DNA from: an uncultured Campylobacter sp.
GTDB taxonomy: Bacteria; Campylobacterota; Campylobacteria; Campylobacterales; Campylobacteraceae
Direction of reading: 5' to 3'
Assembly: GCF_937981295.1 (NCBI RefSeq)
Contig: NZ_CALJPC010000095.1
Coordinates: forward strand, 10,478 to 74,477
Length of the DNA: 64,000 nt
Under the pieces are notes generated by a model that had not been told where the DNA came from, searched no databases, and worked only from the letters and a program-made list of their open reading frames with translations. The translations under genes and the position numbers were made by a program. Below, piece after piece: positions 40,276 to 51,137 of this stretch (position 1 is the stretch's first letter; each line of letters opens with the position of its first letter).

Positions 40276-40345
40276 ACGTGAAAAGAAATGGCAAGTATAG
40301 CTAAATATTCTTATTTTTAATTGAAACACTTTAAAAGGAGAGAAA

Positions 40346-40909
40346 ATGAATGCGGCTTTGATTTTATTAGTCGTCATAGTTTTGTTAGTTTTGGCGTTAG
40401 TGGGCGTTTATAACTCGTTCATCGCCAAGCGTAACCAGGTGCGAAATATCGCCTCTACCGTTGACACGCAGCTTAAAAAGCGCTACGACCTCATCCCAAA
40501 TTTAGTTAGCGCCACGCGCGAATATATGAGCCACGAAAACGCCGTGCTAACGCGCGTTAGCGAACTTCGCTCGCAAGCGATCAACGCGGCTTCTAACGCG
40601 GATAAATTTAAGCTAAATAGCGAAATTTCGGCTCTTTTGGGGCAGATCCGCATTGCGGTAGAGGCGTATCCGAACCTCAAGGCTAACGAATCGTTTGCTA
40701 AGCTACAAAACGCGTTAGGCGAGTGCGAGGAGCAGATCAGCGCCGCACGCCGCGCTTATAACGGCGCCGTTACGGTTTATAATAACGCCTGCGAGATGTT
40801 TCCGACCAATATCATCGCTAACGTTTTTAACTTCGCCAAAGCGGAATTTTTCGCCGCTAGCGAGCAAGAAAAGCAAGCTCCGAACGTCTCTGAGCTTTTC
40901 AAAAAATAG
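40346..40909 (+). CDS. LemA family protein
   Basis: N-terminal TM, QLKKRYDLIPNLV, EAYPNLKA, ARRAYN, FPTNIIA. Confidence 0.95.
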   Translation: MNAALILLVVIVLLVLALVGVYNSFIAKRNQVRNIASTVDTQLKKRYDLIPNLVSATREYMSHENAVLTRVSELRSQAINAASNADKFKLNSEISALLGQIRIAVEAYPNLKANESFAKLQNALGECEEQISAARRAYNGAVTVYNNACEMFPTNIIANVFNFAKAEFFAASEQEKQAPNVSELFKK

Positions 40910-41118
40910 GCGCGAGACGTATAAAATTTGCGATGGAATTTTAAAATTTCATCGCAAACGACTCCAAACGCCGTGAGTCTAAATTTATAGTGAATAAAAC
41001 GGATCACGCGCAAAGAGCGCGTTCTTAAAAAAGACTTGTCGCGCAGGAGCTCGTTTTAATAAACGGCACGCTGCGAAATTTTAAAAGTCTAAATCTCGCA
41101 GTGCAAATTTTAGCCAGC

Positions 41119-41152
41119 TTGCCGCCGCTGCTACTTACGCAAGCGGCAGCAA
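41119..41152. terminator. Hairpin between convergent lemA and ybaK
   Basis: TTGCCGCCGCT...AGCGGCAGCAA (one non-canonical position). Confidence 0.45.
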
Positions 41153-41165
41153 AAGTAATGCTGCG

Positions 41166-41639
41166 TTAGTCGTGAGTAATTTTGCAAATTTGCGCTTCGG
41201 TTGCGACTGCAAGGTCCTTCGGCGCAAGAGCGATTTGTTTTCCGCGCACGCCTGCGCTAACGTAAATTTTCTCCTGCGTTAGCGCTTTTTCATCGATGAA
41301 GGTGCGGAAGTGTTTTTTCATCCCAAGCGGCGAGCAGCCGCCCCTGATGTAGCCCGTGACCTTTTGTAAATCCTTCAAATCCATCAGCTCGCAACGCTTC
41401 GCGCCGCAAATGTGCGCGAGCGCCTTGAGATCGAGATTTAGATCGCCTTGCAGGCAGGCTACGACATATTCGTGATCCGCCGTGCAAACTATCGTTTTAT
41501 AGACCCGCTCGATCGGCTCGCTCACGCTGTTTGCCACGTGTACCGCATCTAAATTTAAAGGATCAACCGCGTATTCTTTAATCTCATAAGGGATTTTCAG
41601 ACCGTCCAGTACGCGTGCGGCGTTTGTTTTTGAGCTCAT
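41166..41639 (-). CDS. ybaK: Cys-tRNA(Pro) deacylase
   Basis: KTNAAR.LD, VYKTIV, TGYIRGGCSPLG, SAGVRG. Confidence 0.93.
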   Translation of the reverse strand: MSSKTNAARVLDGLKIPYEIKEYAVDPLNLDAVHVANSVSEPIERVYKTIVCTADHEYVVACLQGDLNLDLKALAHICGAKRCELMDLKDLQKVTGYIRGGCSPLGMKKHFRTFIDEKALTQEKIYVSAGVRGKQIALAPKDLAVATEAQICKITHD

Positions 41640-41658
41640 TTCGCCTCTTTTCTTAAAT

Positions 41659-42429
41659 TTAATAGCGGATTTTGTTTTCTTTCAAAAAATCACGCAGGTC
41701 TTCGTATTCGCCCTGATCAAAATAGCGCCATTTGCCAGGCTTTAGCGTTCCAAGCGTCATTCTGCCGAATGCCGTGCGCTTAAGCTCCACGACATCCAGA
41801 TCGAAATAGCCGAAAAATCTACGCAGCTCGCGGTTTTGACCCTCGTTAATGATCGCTTTTATTTTCGTATAACCGCCGCTGCTAGGCATTATGCGGTAGC
41901 CCAAAAAGGGTTTAAACTCCATCGATTTGATCTTGCTTTTAGCGTGCGCGCCTTTGCTCGCATCTGCGGCGAAAAAGCCCTCGCGGATCGACGTTACGAC
42001 CTCGTCCTTCACCTCGCCTTTTACCTTTAGATAGTACTCTCGCTCGATGTCGCTGTTCATCAGCGCCGTAGCGATCGCCGGCGCATCGGTCAGCAGCAAA
42101 AGCCCCTCGCTTGCAAAATCCAAACGCCCCACGCTAACAAATCTGCTAAACCCCTCCGGCAAGCTATCGTAAATCGTCCGCCTGCCGCGATCGTCCTTTT
42201 TAGTAACTAACTCGCCTTTGCGTTTGTTATAAACGATCATCGTAAATTCCGTCTTGGGCTTGATAGGGCGCGAGCCGATGCGGATCTTCTCCTCGCCGCT
42301 AACTTCTATAAAATCGCTAACGACGCGGCCGTTAATACTAACCTTGCCCTGCTTGATCAGCTCGTCCGCCTCACGGCGCGAGTAGCCGGTGTTGTGGGAG
42401 ATAAATTTATTCAGACGCATCTTTTGCAT
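41659..42429 (-). CDS. rRNA pseudouridine synthase, RsuA/RluB family
   Basis: RLNKFIS..SRREADELI S4 domain, VGRLDFASEGLLLLT, EGQNRELRR. Confidence 0.93.
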   Translation of the reverse strand: MQKMRLNKFISHNTGYSRREADELIKQGKVSINGRVVSDFIEVSGEEKIRIGSRPIKPKTEFTMIVYNKRKGELVTKKDDRGRRTIYDSLPEGFSRFVSVGRLDFASEGLLLLTDAPAIATALMNSDIEREYYLKVKGEVKDEVVTSIREGFFAADASKGAHAKSKIKSMEFKPFLGYRIMPSSGGYTKIKAIINEGQNRELRRFFGYFDLDVVELKRTAFGRMTLGTLKPGKWRYFDQGEYEDLRDFLKENKIRY

Positions 42430-43391
42430 TATTTTAGCCCCAGACTCGTTAGATCATGGATATGCAAGATCCCCGCGGGCACGCCGTTTTCGACCACGGG
42501 CAGGACTTGAATTTTAAATTGCTCGATCAAATTTAGCGCGTCTATGGCTAACATATTTTTATCGTCCAGCATTTTAGGATTTTTGGTGGCATATTTTAGC
42601 GCGCCGTCATTGATGTCAAAATCCTCTCGCATCAGCGCGCGGCGCAGATCGCCGTCGCTTAAGATCGCCTCGAGCGTACCCTTTTCGTTCACCAACAAAA
42701 CGGTGCCGAGCTTTCCGTGAGTCATAACGTCGATGGCTTGTTTTAGACTGGCGTTACGCTTTGCAACTGGCAAATTTTTGCTTTGCATTACGTCTTTTAC
42801 TTTGACGAAGAGTCGCTTGCCGAGGCTGCCGCCTGGGTGAAAATTTGCAAAATCCTCCTTACCGAATCTACGCTGCCTCATCAAACAGATCGCTAACGCG
42901 TCGCCCAAACCGAGCGTTAGCGTCGTAGAAACCGTAGGCGCGGCGCCAAGCGGACAGGCCTCTTTGACAATGTTAAGGCTTATGAACTCATCACAAACCT
43001 TGCCGAGCGAGCTGTTTTTATCGCGTGCCATCGCGATGATCTTTACGCCGAAGCGTTTGAGGTGTGGCAGAATTCTAACCAGCTCCTCGCTCTCGCCGCT
43101 AAAGCTAATCGCAAGCACCATATCGTCCTTGCCAATCATACCCAGATCGCCGTGTAGCGCCTCGGTAGGGTGGACAAAAAACGACGGCGTGCCGGTGCTG
43201 GCAAGCGTCGCGGCGATCTTAACGCCTATGTGACCGCTCTTGCCCACGCCGGTGACGATCACCTTGCCCTTGCAAGCAAGGATCAAATTTGCGGCCCGCT
43301 CGATCTCTTCGCCGATAAGATCCGCATGCCGCAAAAGCTCCGCTCCTTCGAGCCTTAGCACCTCTCGTGCCGTATCTAAAATTTCACTCAT
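42429..43391 (-). CDS. kdsD: Arabinose-5-phosphate isomerase (KdsD/KpsF/GutQ) with CBS pair
   Basis: TGVGKSGHIG, HPTEALHGDLG, APTVST, HPGGSLG, DGDLRR. Confidence 0.92.
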   Translation of the reverse strand: MSEILDTAREVLRLEGAELLRHADLIGEEIERAANLILACKGKVIVTGVGKSGHIGVKIAATLASTGTPSFFVHPTEALHGDLGMIGKDDMVLAISFSGESEELVRILPHLKRFGVKIIAMARDKNSSLGKVCDEFISLNIVKEACPLGAAPTVSTTLTLGLGDALAICLMRQRRFGKEDFANFHPGGSLGKRLFVKVKDVMQSKNLPVAKRNASLKQAIDVMTHGKLGTVLLVNEKGTLEAILSDGDLRRALMREDFDINDGALKYATKNPKMLDDKNMLAIDALNLIEQFKIQVLPVVENGVPAGILHIHDLTSLGLK

Positions 43392-43730
43392 TCAACCTTC
43401 TTTTTAAAATTTGCTTTCATTTTGCGCCTCTTTACGCCGCGCCTAAATTTACGCTAGCTGAAATTTCGCGCCTTTAAAATTTACGCCGCAAAATTCTAAT
43501 CACAAAATCACGCGCCCCCTTACCTACTCGCCGCGGGCTTGCTAGACACACTTTAAATTTTACTTTACGCCAAAATTTTGCGTTCAAATTTTACTAACCG
43601 CTTTAAAATTTTCACGCCGTAAAACTCGCTTTCATCGCAAAATTTCAGACCCGAGCGCTAACCGGCGCCATCAAAATTTCACTCGCCCGCCGCAGATCAA
43701 AGTCTCTTTGCGCGCTAAATTTAGCCGCGC

Positions 43731-45971
43731 TTACATCAAATAAATTACCGGTACAATAGTCGGATATTTTTTGATCTTTCTAAAGATGTGCTTTCGCACG
43801 GCCTGGCGGATCTTGCCCTCCAGCGCCCAGTGATCGAGCAAAATTTCATCTTTTAAATTTGCTAAAAACTGCTCGATGATGCCCTGCATCTCCTTGGTAA
43901 AGTGCGCCGTTTGATTATCGGCGACGAGCCCGTAGGTGATGACGCGCGTCTGGATGAGCCTCTTTTCGTTTTTGTCGATCTGCGCGATGATTACCGCGAC
44001 GCCCGCATCGGCTAAATTTTGGCGGTGCTTGACGATCTCATCAGAGATCTGCTTGTTGATCTGATTATCGATAAAAACCTTGCCCGTCTTGACGGTCTTG
44101 ACGCGCTTTAGATATTTTTCGCAAACCTCCATCTGATCGCCGTCGTTCATCAGATAGATATTTTTCTCCTCGATGCCGCACTCCATCGCGGTCTCTTTGT
44201 GCTTTACGATGTGATTATACTCGCCGTGCACGGGTAGGAAAAATTTTGGCTTTATCAAGCGCAGCATGAGTTTTTGCTCCTCGATCGAGGCGTGCCCGCT
44301 TACGTGTATCTCGCTGAAGTCCTGATACGCGACCTTTGCGCCGCTTTTTAGCAGGTAGTTAAGCACAGTTGAGACGCTGCTTTCGTTGCCGGGGATTGCT
44401 TTGGCGCTGATGATTACCTGATCGGTGGATTTGATTTTAATGTATTTGTGCTCGTCCGTCGCCATGCGGTACAGCGCGCTCATCGTCTCGCCCTGCGAGC
44501 CAGTAGTAACGATTAAAACCTCATTATCAGGATATTTTGAGACCTGATCGGCATCGACGAAGATTTTTTTGTCTAAATTTACGTAGCCAAGCTCCATCGC
44601 GGTAAATAAATTTCGCTCCATGCTTCGTCCGATGACGCAGACCTTGCGGCCGTATTTTACGCCGCGCTCTATAGCCTGATAGACGCGGTGGATGTTTGAG
44701 CTAAAGGTGCTCATTATCACGCGCCCCTTACAGCTCGAAAATATCGTATCAAAGGTCTTGCCTACCGAGCTTTCGGACTTCGTGATCCCCCCTTTGTGCG
44801 AGTTTGTGCTATCGCTCATCAAAAGTATGACGCCCTGATCGCCGTAATGCGCCAGACGGTTCAGATCGGTCGGATAGCCGTCGATCGGCGTGTGATCAAT
44901 CTTAAAATCGCCCGTATGGATGATAGTGCCCGCCTTCGTCGTGATCGCAAGCGCGCTTGCATCGATAATCGAGTGAGTTATATGGATAAACTCGACCTCG
45001 AAATCGCCGATCTGATAGAGCTGGCGCTTCTGCACGGGGCGGAAGTAGCTGCGCTCGGCTTTAAGGCCGTGCTCTTCAAATTTATTACTTATCATCCCCA
45101 AAGGAAGCGGCGTAGCGTAGATCGGAAATTGAAATTCTTTGAAAAAATATGGCATCGCGCCGATGTGGTCCTCGTGCGCGTGGGTGATGAGGATGCCTTT
45201 GATCTTATTTTTTATCCTGCGGACATAATCGAAATCAGGGATCAAAATATCCACTCCGAGCATGCTCTCCTCGGGAAAGCTCATGCCTACGTCGACGATG
45301 ATCGCGCTCGTGTTGGTCTCAAACACGGTCATATTTGCGCCGATCTCGCCTAGCCCTCCAAGCGGCGTGATGCGTATCGTCTCATCGCTGCGATTCGCGT
45401 TTTTAAGCGGATGCAGGCGCTCCTCGTGGATCAGCTTGTTTTGTGCGATCGCATCATCCATCGCCTTCTGCCACGGCTCATTGCCGGTAAGGCTCTTTGG
45501 CATATTTGAGCGCTTTTTGTGCTTTTTCTTTTTCTGCGAGTCTGAAGAGTTCGTATCGTCTGAGGCGCTAGAATTTGCGCCTTTTGCGCTGCTGCTATTT
45601 GATTTTGCACGACCGTCGCGGTTTAAATTTGAACCGCCCGCGCCGTTTTCGTTGTTTTTTGGGTATGCGCCGCCGAAATGCGCACCGCTCGCGCCGTTTG
45701 AATGCGCGGCGTTTGAACCGCCGTTTGACGAACTACCCGAAGAATTTGATCCGTTGCGAGAGCCATTTTTTGAACCCTGTGAAGGAGCGGAATTTTGCCC
45801 GTTTTTTGCGCCTTTGTTTTTGCGAGAGCCGTTTTCATGCTCGCCGCCGAATTCCGCGCCGCCCGCAGAGCCCTCACTCGCGATAGATTTTTTTAGATTT
45901 TCCTTGCGTTTTTTGTAGCGATTGCTTTTTTTGAGTCGTTCGACGCCGTTTTCATTTCTGTTTTCTTCCAT
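43731..45971 (-). CDS. rnj: Ribonuclease J with long low-complexity N-terminal extension
   Basis: PLGGLGEIG, THAHEDHIG, HTGDFKID, HVSGHA, PVHGEY. Confidence 0.96.
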   Translation of the reverse strand: MEENRNENGVERLKKSNRYKKRKENLKKSIASEGSAGGAEFGGEHENGSRKNKGAKNGQNSAPSQGSKNGSRNGSNSSGSSSNGGSNAAHSNGASGAHFGGAYPKNNENGAGGSNLNRDGRAKSNSSSAKGANSSASDDTNSSDSQKKKKHKKRSNMPKSLTGNEPWQKAMDDAIAQNKLIHEERLHPLKNANRSDETIRITPLGGLGEIGANMTVFETNTSAIIVDVGMSFPEESMLGVDILIPDFDYVRRIKNKIKGILITHAHEDHIGAMPYFFKEFQFPIYATPLPLGMISNKFEEHGLKAERSYFRPVQKRQLYQIGDFEVEFIHITHSIIDASALAITTKAGTIIHTGDFKIDHTPIDGYPTDLNRLAHYGDQGVILLMSDSTNSHKGGITKSESSVGKTFDTIFSSCKGRVIMSTFSSNIHRVYQAIERGVKYGRKVCVIGRSMERNLFTAMELGYVNLDKKIFVDADQVSKYPDNEVLIVTTGSQGETMSALYRMATDEHKYIKIKSTDQVIISAKAIPGNESSVSTVLNYLLKSGAKVAYQDFSEIHVSGHASIEEQKLMLRLIKPKFFLPVHGEYNHIVKHKETAMECGIEEKNIYLMNDGDQMEVCEKYLKRVKTVKTGKVFIDNQINKQISDEIVKHRQNLADAGVAVIIAQIDKNEKRLIQTRVITYGLVADNQTAHFTKEMQGIIEQFLANLKDEILLDHWALEGKIRQAVRKHIFRKIKKYPTIVPVIYLM

Positions 45972-46812
45972 CTTTTACCTTTAAATTTTTAAAAATTTCT
46001 AAAAAAAGGGTGGAATTTAACTCGTGCGCCCGAACCGTAGACGGAATTTTCAAATTTAAAAAGATCTCTTCGGCTAAGCCTCTATCAAATTTTGCACTTA
46101 AATTTTTAATAAGCGTCTTTCGCGGCGCGCTGAAAGATACGCGCAAAAAGCTTTTAAATTTCTCGTGTTCATCGAGACTTTGGAGCTGAGCGCAACTTTT
46201 TACGCCGAGGCTATCTGCGTTTATCTCGGCACCGGGCTTGAAATTTTTGCCCTTTACGAGCCTGATCACCGACGAAGTTACCTTCGGCGCAGGCTCGAAG
46301 CAGCCAGGCTCAACGTCGAATAGAAGCTCGCAACCGCCAGCGAGATCGGCTAGGATCGAAAGAGCGCTAAAATCGCTCTGCCCGGCTCTAGCGCAGAATT
46401 TTAAAGCGACCTCCTTTTGGATCATCACCAAAAATCCGCTGCACAACTCATCGTCGATCGCCTGCAAAATCATCTTTGTAGCGATGTAGTAGGGCAAATT
46501 TGCGACCAAAAAATATTCGCCGCAGCCAAGACCCCGCTGCTGCCAAATCCGCAAAGCATCGCCCAAAACGAGCTCAAGCTCGCCGCTAGCGATCTGCTGT
46601 GCAAATTTAGCGCTTAAAATTTGATATAAATCTTCATCTATCTCGAAACTCTTTAATCTGTAAAATTCCAAAAGCTTGCGAGTTAAATCACCTAAGCCAG
46701 CCCCGATCTCAACGACATTCTGTACGCTCTCGGGGATCGCTTGGATGATCTTGCTTAAAACGGCTTCGTCTTTTAAAAAATTTTGCCCGAACTCTTTTTT
46801 CGCCCTAATCAT
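45952..46812 (-). CDS. rsmA: 16S rRNA m6(2)A dimethyltransferase
   Basis: FGQNFL, EIGAGLG, ANLPYYI, MIQKEVA, PKVTS. Confidence 0.96.
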   Translation of the reverse strand: MIRAKKEFGQNFLKDEAVLSKIIQAIPESVQNVVEIGAGLGDLTRKLLEFYRLKSFEIDEDLYQILSAKFAQQIASGELELVLGDALRIWQQRGLGCGEYFLVANLPYYIATKMILQAIDDELCSGFLVMIQKEVALKFCARAGQSDFSALSILADLAGGCELLFDVEPGCFEPAPKVTSSVIRLVKGKNFKPGAEINADSLGVKSCAQLQSLDEHEKFKSFLRVSFSAPRKTLIKNLSAKFDRGLAEEIFLNLKIPSTVRAHELNSTLFLEIFKNLKVKDGRKQK

Positions 46813-46902
46813 CAAGGAAGCTTAGCCAAATTTTACTTATAAAGTCATTATATTAAGTAAAATTTGGCTAAAATTATAAAATTTAACCCAAGAAAGGTCG
46901 CC

Positions 46903-47757
46903 GTGAACAAGTTTGCAAAGCGGATCATCCCGTGCCTCGACGTCAAAGACGGACGCGTGGTAAAGGGCGTAAATTTCGTAGGTCTAGTGGATGCGGGCGA
47001 TCCGGTCGAGATAGCCAAACGCTACAACGAGGAGGGTGCGGACGAGCTGTGCTTCCTCGATATCACGGCGTCGCATCTGGGGCGCGATACGATCGTGGAC
47101 GTCGTGGAGCGGGTCGCTCGCGAGCTTTTTATCCCGCTGACCGTGGGCGGCGGCATCCGCACGATCGACGATATCTCGCGCCTGCTAAACGTCGGCTGCG
47201 ATAAAATCAGCCTCAACTCTGCCGCGATAAAAAATCCTGATTTGATAGACGAGGCGGCGAATAAATTCGGCTCGCAGTGCGTCGTCGTCGCGATCGACGC
47301 AAAACGAAATTCGAGTGAAATTTCGCGCGGCGATTTACGCGACGCAACGCAGAATTTGAGCAGAATTTCAAGCGATTCGCAGGATGAAATTTTGACTGGG
47401 AACGGCGAGCTTTGCGGCTACAGCGTTTTTATAAACGGCGGTAGGCTGGATACCGGCAGGGATGCGCTTGCTTGGGCGAAAGAGGCACAGGAGCGCGGTG
47501 CGGGAGAAATTTTACTCACGTCGATGGACTGTGACGGCGTCAAAAACGGCTTTGAGCTAAATTTGACGCGGATTTTCAGCGCGCTTGACATCCCCGTCAT
47601 CGCAAGCGGCGGAGCAGGCAAGATGGAGCACTTTAAAGACGCGTTTTTGGCGGGTGTGGACGCATGCCTGGCGGCATCGATTTTTCACTTCAGAGAAATC
47701 GAAATCAAGGCACTAAAAGCGTATTTGCGAGAACAAAATATTGAAGTGAGACTGTAA
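46903..47757 (+). CDS. hisF: Imidazole glycerol phosphate synthase cyclase subunit
   Basis: [42 protein letters not shown] start after AAAGG. Confidence 0.96.
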   Translation: MNKFAKRIIPCLDVKDGRVVKGVNFVGLVDAGDPVEIAKRYNEEGADELCFLDITASHLGRDTIVDVVERVARELFIPLTVGGGIRTIDDISRLLNVGCDKISLNSAAIKNPDLIDEAANKFGSQCVVVAIDAKRNSSEISRGDLRDATQNLSRISSDSQDEILTGNGELCGYSVFINGGRLDTGRDALAWAKEAQERGAGEILLTSMDCDGVKNGFELNLTRIFSALDIPVIASGGAGKMEHFKDAFLAGVDACLAASIFHFREIEIKALKAYLREQNIEVRL

Positions 47758-48110
47758 ATTTAGTCAGGTTTATACCGTGGGGTTGAAACTTAGCCGCCAA
47801 AGCGACTAAACAATTAATTTTATTTCAGCCCTTCGTTATCTTGCAAGTTTTTTGACAAGTATTATTTTGCTTAGATAAAATTTATTCGTTTTAGCTAAAT
47901 CATAAGCTTTTTTAAATACTTTTCCATCTTCTACCCGCCACCTGCGCTACTACGATTACGGAAGGTAAGAGTACAGTTCTCATAGATATTTGCTTAAATT
48001 GATTTTAATTTTATCAGATAATTTACCACGATAAAATTTCAAAATTTAGCTTTAAATTTATCGTCATTTTGCTATGATTAGTGAAAAATAATGAAAGCGT
48101 GAATGCGTAA

Positions 48111-48656
48111 ATGATAATCTCTGCCGGACGAAATGAAATTTTTGATTTTGCCCTGCCTATGGGTGTAGGGCTAGTGGATATGAGTATAAATTTGACTAAA
48201 TTTTTATGCGAAAATAGGCAAAGCTTGCCGAGTGAAATCATTTTCGTGGGTTCTGCAGGGCTATATAAAGAAGGTAAAATTCTAAAAATTTATGAAAGCA
48301 GATCGGCTGCAAACTGTGAGATATCGGCGCTTTATGAACTTTCATACTCTCCAATTAACTATGAAATTCTAGCTAGGGATTCTGCCGATGTTTCATATGA
48401 AACAATAACTAATAGCTCAAATTTTATCACGACCGATAAAGAATCCGCGCTAAAATTCTTTGAGCGAGGTTATTTTTTAGAAAATATGGAATTTTTTGCG
48501 GTTCTTAAGGTAGCTCAAAAATTTCAAATCCCTGCTTGCGGAATTTTTTGTGCAACGAATTTTTGCGATTCAAATGCTCACACGGATTTTTTAAAAAATC
48601 ACGCCACTGCAAAAGAAAATTTAACTAAATATCTAAAAACCAAGGCATTAATTTGA
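48111..48656 (+). CDS. Purine nucleoside phosphorylase-like protein
   Basis: [28 protein letters not shown]; upstream of rlmN as in other Campylobacter. Confidence 0.72.
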   Translation: MIISAGRNEIFDFALPMGVGLVDMSINLTKFLCENRQSLPSEIIFVGSAGLYKEGKILKIYESRSAANCEISALYELSYSPINYEILARDSADVSYETITNSSNFITTDKESALKFFERGYFLENMEFFAVLKVAQKFQIPACGIFCATNFCDSNAHTDFLKNHATAKENLTKYLKTKALI

Positions 48657-49762
48657 AAAATATCTTTGATTTTACGATGAAAGAGCTTGAAAATTTCGTT
48701 GAACCAAAATTTAGAGCCAAGCAAATTTACGAATGGATTTACAAAAAGAACGTGGATGACTTTGCACAAATGCTAAACCTACCAAAAGAGATCCGTCAAG
48801 GTTTAGCTCAAAATTTTTATTTAGACCCGCTTAAATGTATCAGATCCGAAATAAGTAGCGATGGCAGTATCAAATACCTTTTCGCTCTCAAAGATGGCAA
48901 GACGATAGAAAGTGTCCTGCTGCCGATGAAGGATGAGCTGCGAGATGAAAACGAAAAAATTATAAGACACGCGCGCTACTCAATCTGCGTAAGTTCGCAA
49001 GTGGGTTGCAAAATTGGCTGTAGCTTCTGTCTGACAGCAAAAGGTGGCTTCGTACGAAATTTAACTCCAGGCGAAATCGTAGCTCAAATTTGGCTCATCA
49101 AGAAAATGAACACGATCCCGTACGAGCGCCGCGTCAATGTCGTATATATGGGGATGGGCGAACCGCTTAATAACCTAGACAACGTTGCCAAAGCCGTGCG
49201 AATTTTAAAAGAAAACGACGGACTCGCCATAGCGCCGCGTCGACAAACGATAAGTACGAGCGGACTTTCTACGCAGATAAAAAAGCTTGGCGAAATGGAT
49301 CTTGGCGTGCTACTCGCGATCTCGCTGCATGCAGTGGATGACGAACTGCGTGAAAAACTAATGCCAATAAATCGCGCCTACAATATCGCATCGATCATGC
49401 AGGCGGTGCGCGAGTTCCCAATCGATCTGCGAAAGCGCGTAATGTTTGAATACCTCATGATCGATGGGGTAAATGACCGCTCAAGCGATGCTAAAACGCT
49501 AGTGAAACTTCTGCACGGCATCCGCGCAAAAGTAAATCTGATCTATTTTAATCCGCACGAAGGCTCGAGCTTTGGCAGACCAAGCCCCGAAAATATGGTG
49601 AAATTTCAAGACTATCTATGCGCGCACGGCATTACTTGCACGATCCGCCAGAGCAAGGGGCTAGATATCAGTGCGGCGTGCGGACAACTCAAACAAAGAA
49701 ACGAGCAGGGTAAAATTTTAGATCAAAATGGCGCCAATATGAATAAAATTTTAAAAAAATAG
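48653..49762 (+). CDS. rlmN: Dual-specificity RNA methyltransferase RlmN
   Basis: [15 protein letters not shown] radical SAM motif, [15 protein letters not shown]. Confidence 0.97.
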   Translation: MKNIFDFTMKELENFVEPKFRAKQIYEWIYKKNVDDFAQMLNLPKEIRQGLAQNFYLDPLKCIRSEISSDGSIKYLFALKDGKTIESVLLPMKDELRDENEKIIRHARYSICVSSQVGCKIGCSFCLTAKGGFVRNLTPGEIVAQIWLIKKMNTIPYERRVNVVYMGMGEPLNNLDNVAKAVRILKENDGLAIAPRRQTISTSGLSTQIKKLGEMDLGVLLAISLHAVDDELREKLMPINRAYNIASIMQAVREFPIDLRKRVMFEYLMIDGVNDRSSDAKTLVKLLHGIRAKVNLIYFNPHEGSSFGRPSPENMVKFQDYLCAHGITCTIRQSKGLDISAACGQLKQRNEQGKILDQNGANMNKILKK

Positions 49763-49824
49763 AAAAAAATTTGATATTTCTAGATCACAAGGCAAATCGG
49801 CAAAAAATTTATAACGAAGTAGCA

Positions 49825-50723
49825 ATGGACGCACAAAAGATAATGGATGAGATCGGCGTTTTCTTGGACAGATCGCTGCTTAAAAAATCCAAGATTACAA
49901 AGGTGGAAATTATCCGCTTTATCAAGGCAAAATGGGCGGAGGCGGACGATGAGAAATACCGCATCTACGCCTCATACATCTATCGGCGCGCATGGTGAAT
50001 GAATACAAATGGGCGGGCGACACCCCAAATATGCTGCGCTGGCTAGGTGAGATGGACAAGCACGCCAGAAGTAATAAAAATCCGCCCTACGTGAGCGATT
50101 ATTGCAAGGGCGAGTGCCGCCTCGAGTGCGGCGCAGAGCAGGAGGTGCTTAAATTTTTGCGCAAAAGTTACGAAGCGGATGAGGAGTATCTTTTCACCCG
50201 CAGCCCAAAGGTCGCGGAGTTTTTTAATGCACATCTTGCGGAGCCTAAAATTTTGCCAAAATTTGAAGATGAGGAATACGAGAACTTTAGTTTCCCGCTG
50301 CGGCTGGAGTATTTCGGCAAAGCTTTAGAGCAAGAAGGCGAGTTTTGCTGCACCTTTTTAGATGAAGACGGCGAGGAGACGGACAAGCCAAATCGCGCAT
50401 AATCGGACGTACTAGAGTTTCTAAAACAAAATCAGGAAGAAATTTTAACGGGCATCTTAAGCGAAATTTTAAAAAACTACCTAAAATGGCAGGAGATCTA
50501 CGACTATCCGAGCAAAGCGAAAAGCAATTTCATGCCTGACGTCGCTACGCCGCAGGAGCTTAGCGAACTATTGGAGCTGCAAAATATCTATATCCTAGAC
50601 GGCGCGAAAATCGGCTTTCAGTTTAGCTGCTCGTGGGACATGGAGCACGGTCTAGGCGTGATGACGCGCAAAGGCGAAGTCATTAATATCGGCGAAGCAG
50701 AAGTGGCGTTTATGGCTATTTGA
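49825..50723 (+). pseudogene. Disrupted gene with C-terminal DUF6985/DUF2004-like domain
   Basis: Three ORF-track pieces join: apparent 1-nt deletion near 49984 and in-frame TAA at 50400-50402; ends IGFQFSCSWDMEHGLGV..IG. Confidence 0.65.
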
Positions 50724-51137
50724 AAAAATAAACCAAATTTTAAAGTATAAAACAAATTTTTATAGTTACTTTTAGGCTAAATTTTACGCATTTTTTTATC
50801 ACTTTTACCATATGCAAATACAAGAAGCCAAAATAATAAAAATTAACTGCCGCGTCTTAATCTTACACACATCTTACCGATCAAATTTCGCACTAATTTG
50901 CAATTATGATTATATAAATGAATGGGTGTAGAATTTTAGCGATACAATGAGAAATATCGCATCTCTTCTCTCACTTTGACATTTATAAAGTTTCTCTCAT
51001 ATTGGTTATATATTGCTATCCGGATTTTAAATTTACGTACCATTAAACTCGCGATTATGCCAAAACAAACACTGAAATCATCCATAAATTCCTTCTAATC
51101 TACCCTTGGCATTTCGAATTTTCATAGAAATTAACAA

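Noticed and set aside
47930..47940. TCTACCCGCCA matching the last 11 nt of tRNA-Ser (possible att site)
   Set aside because: Too short, and the 42 kb between the copies is core ribosomal and housekeeping DNA.
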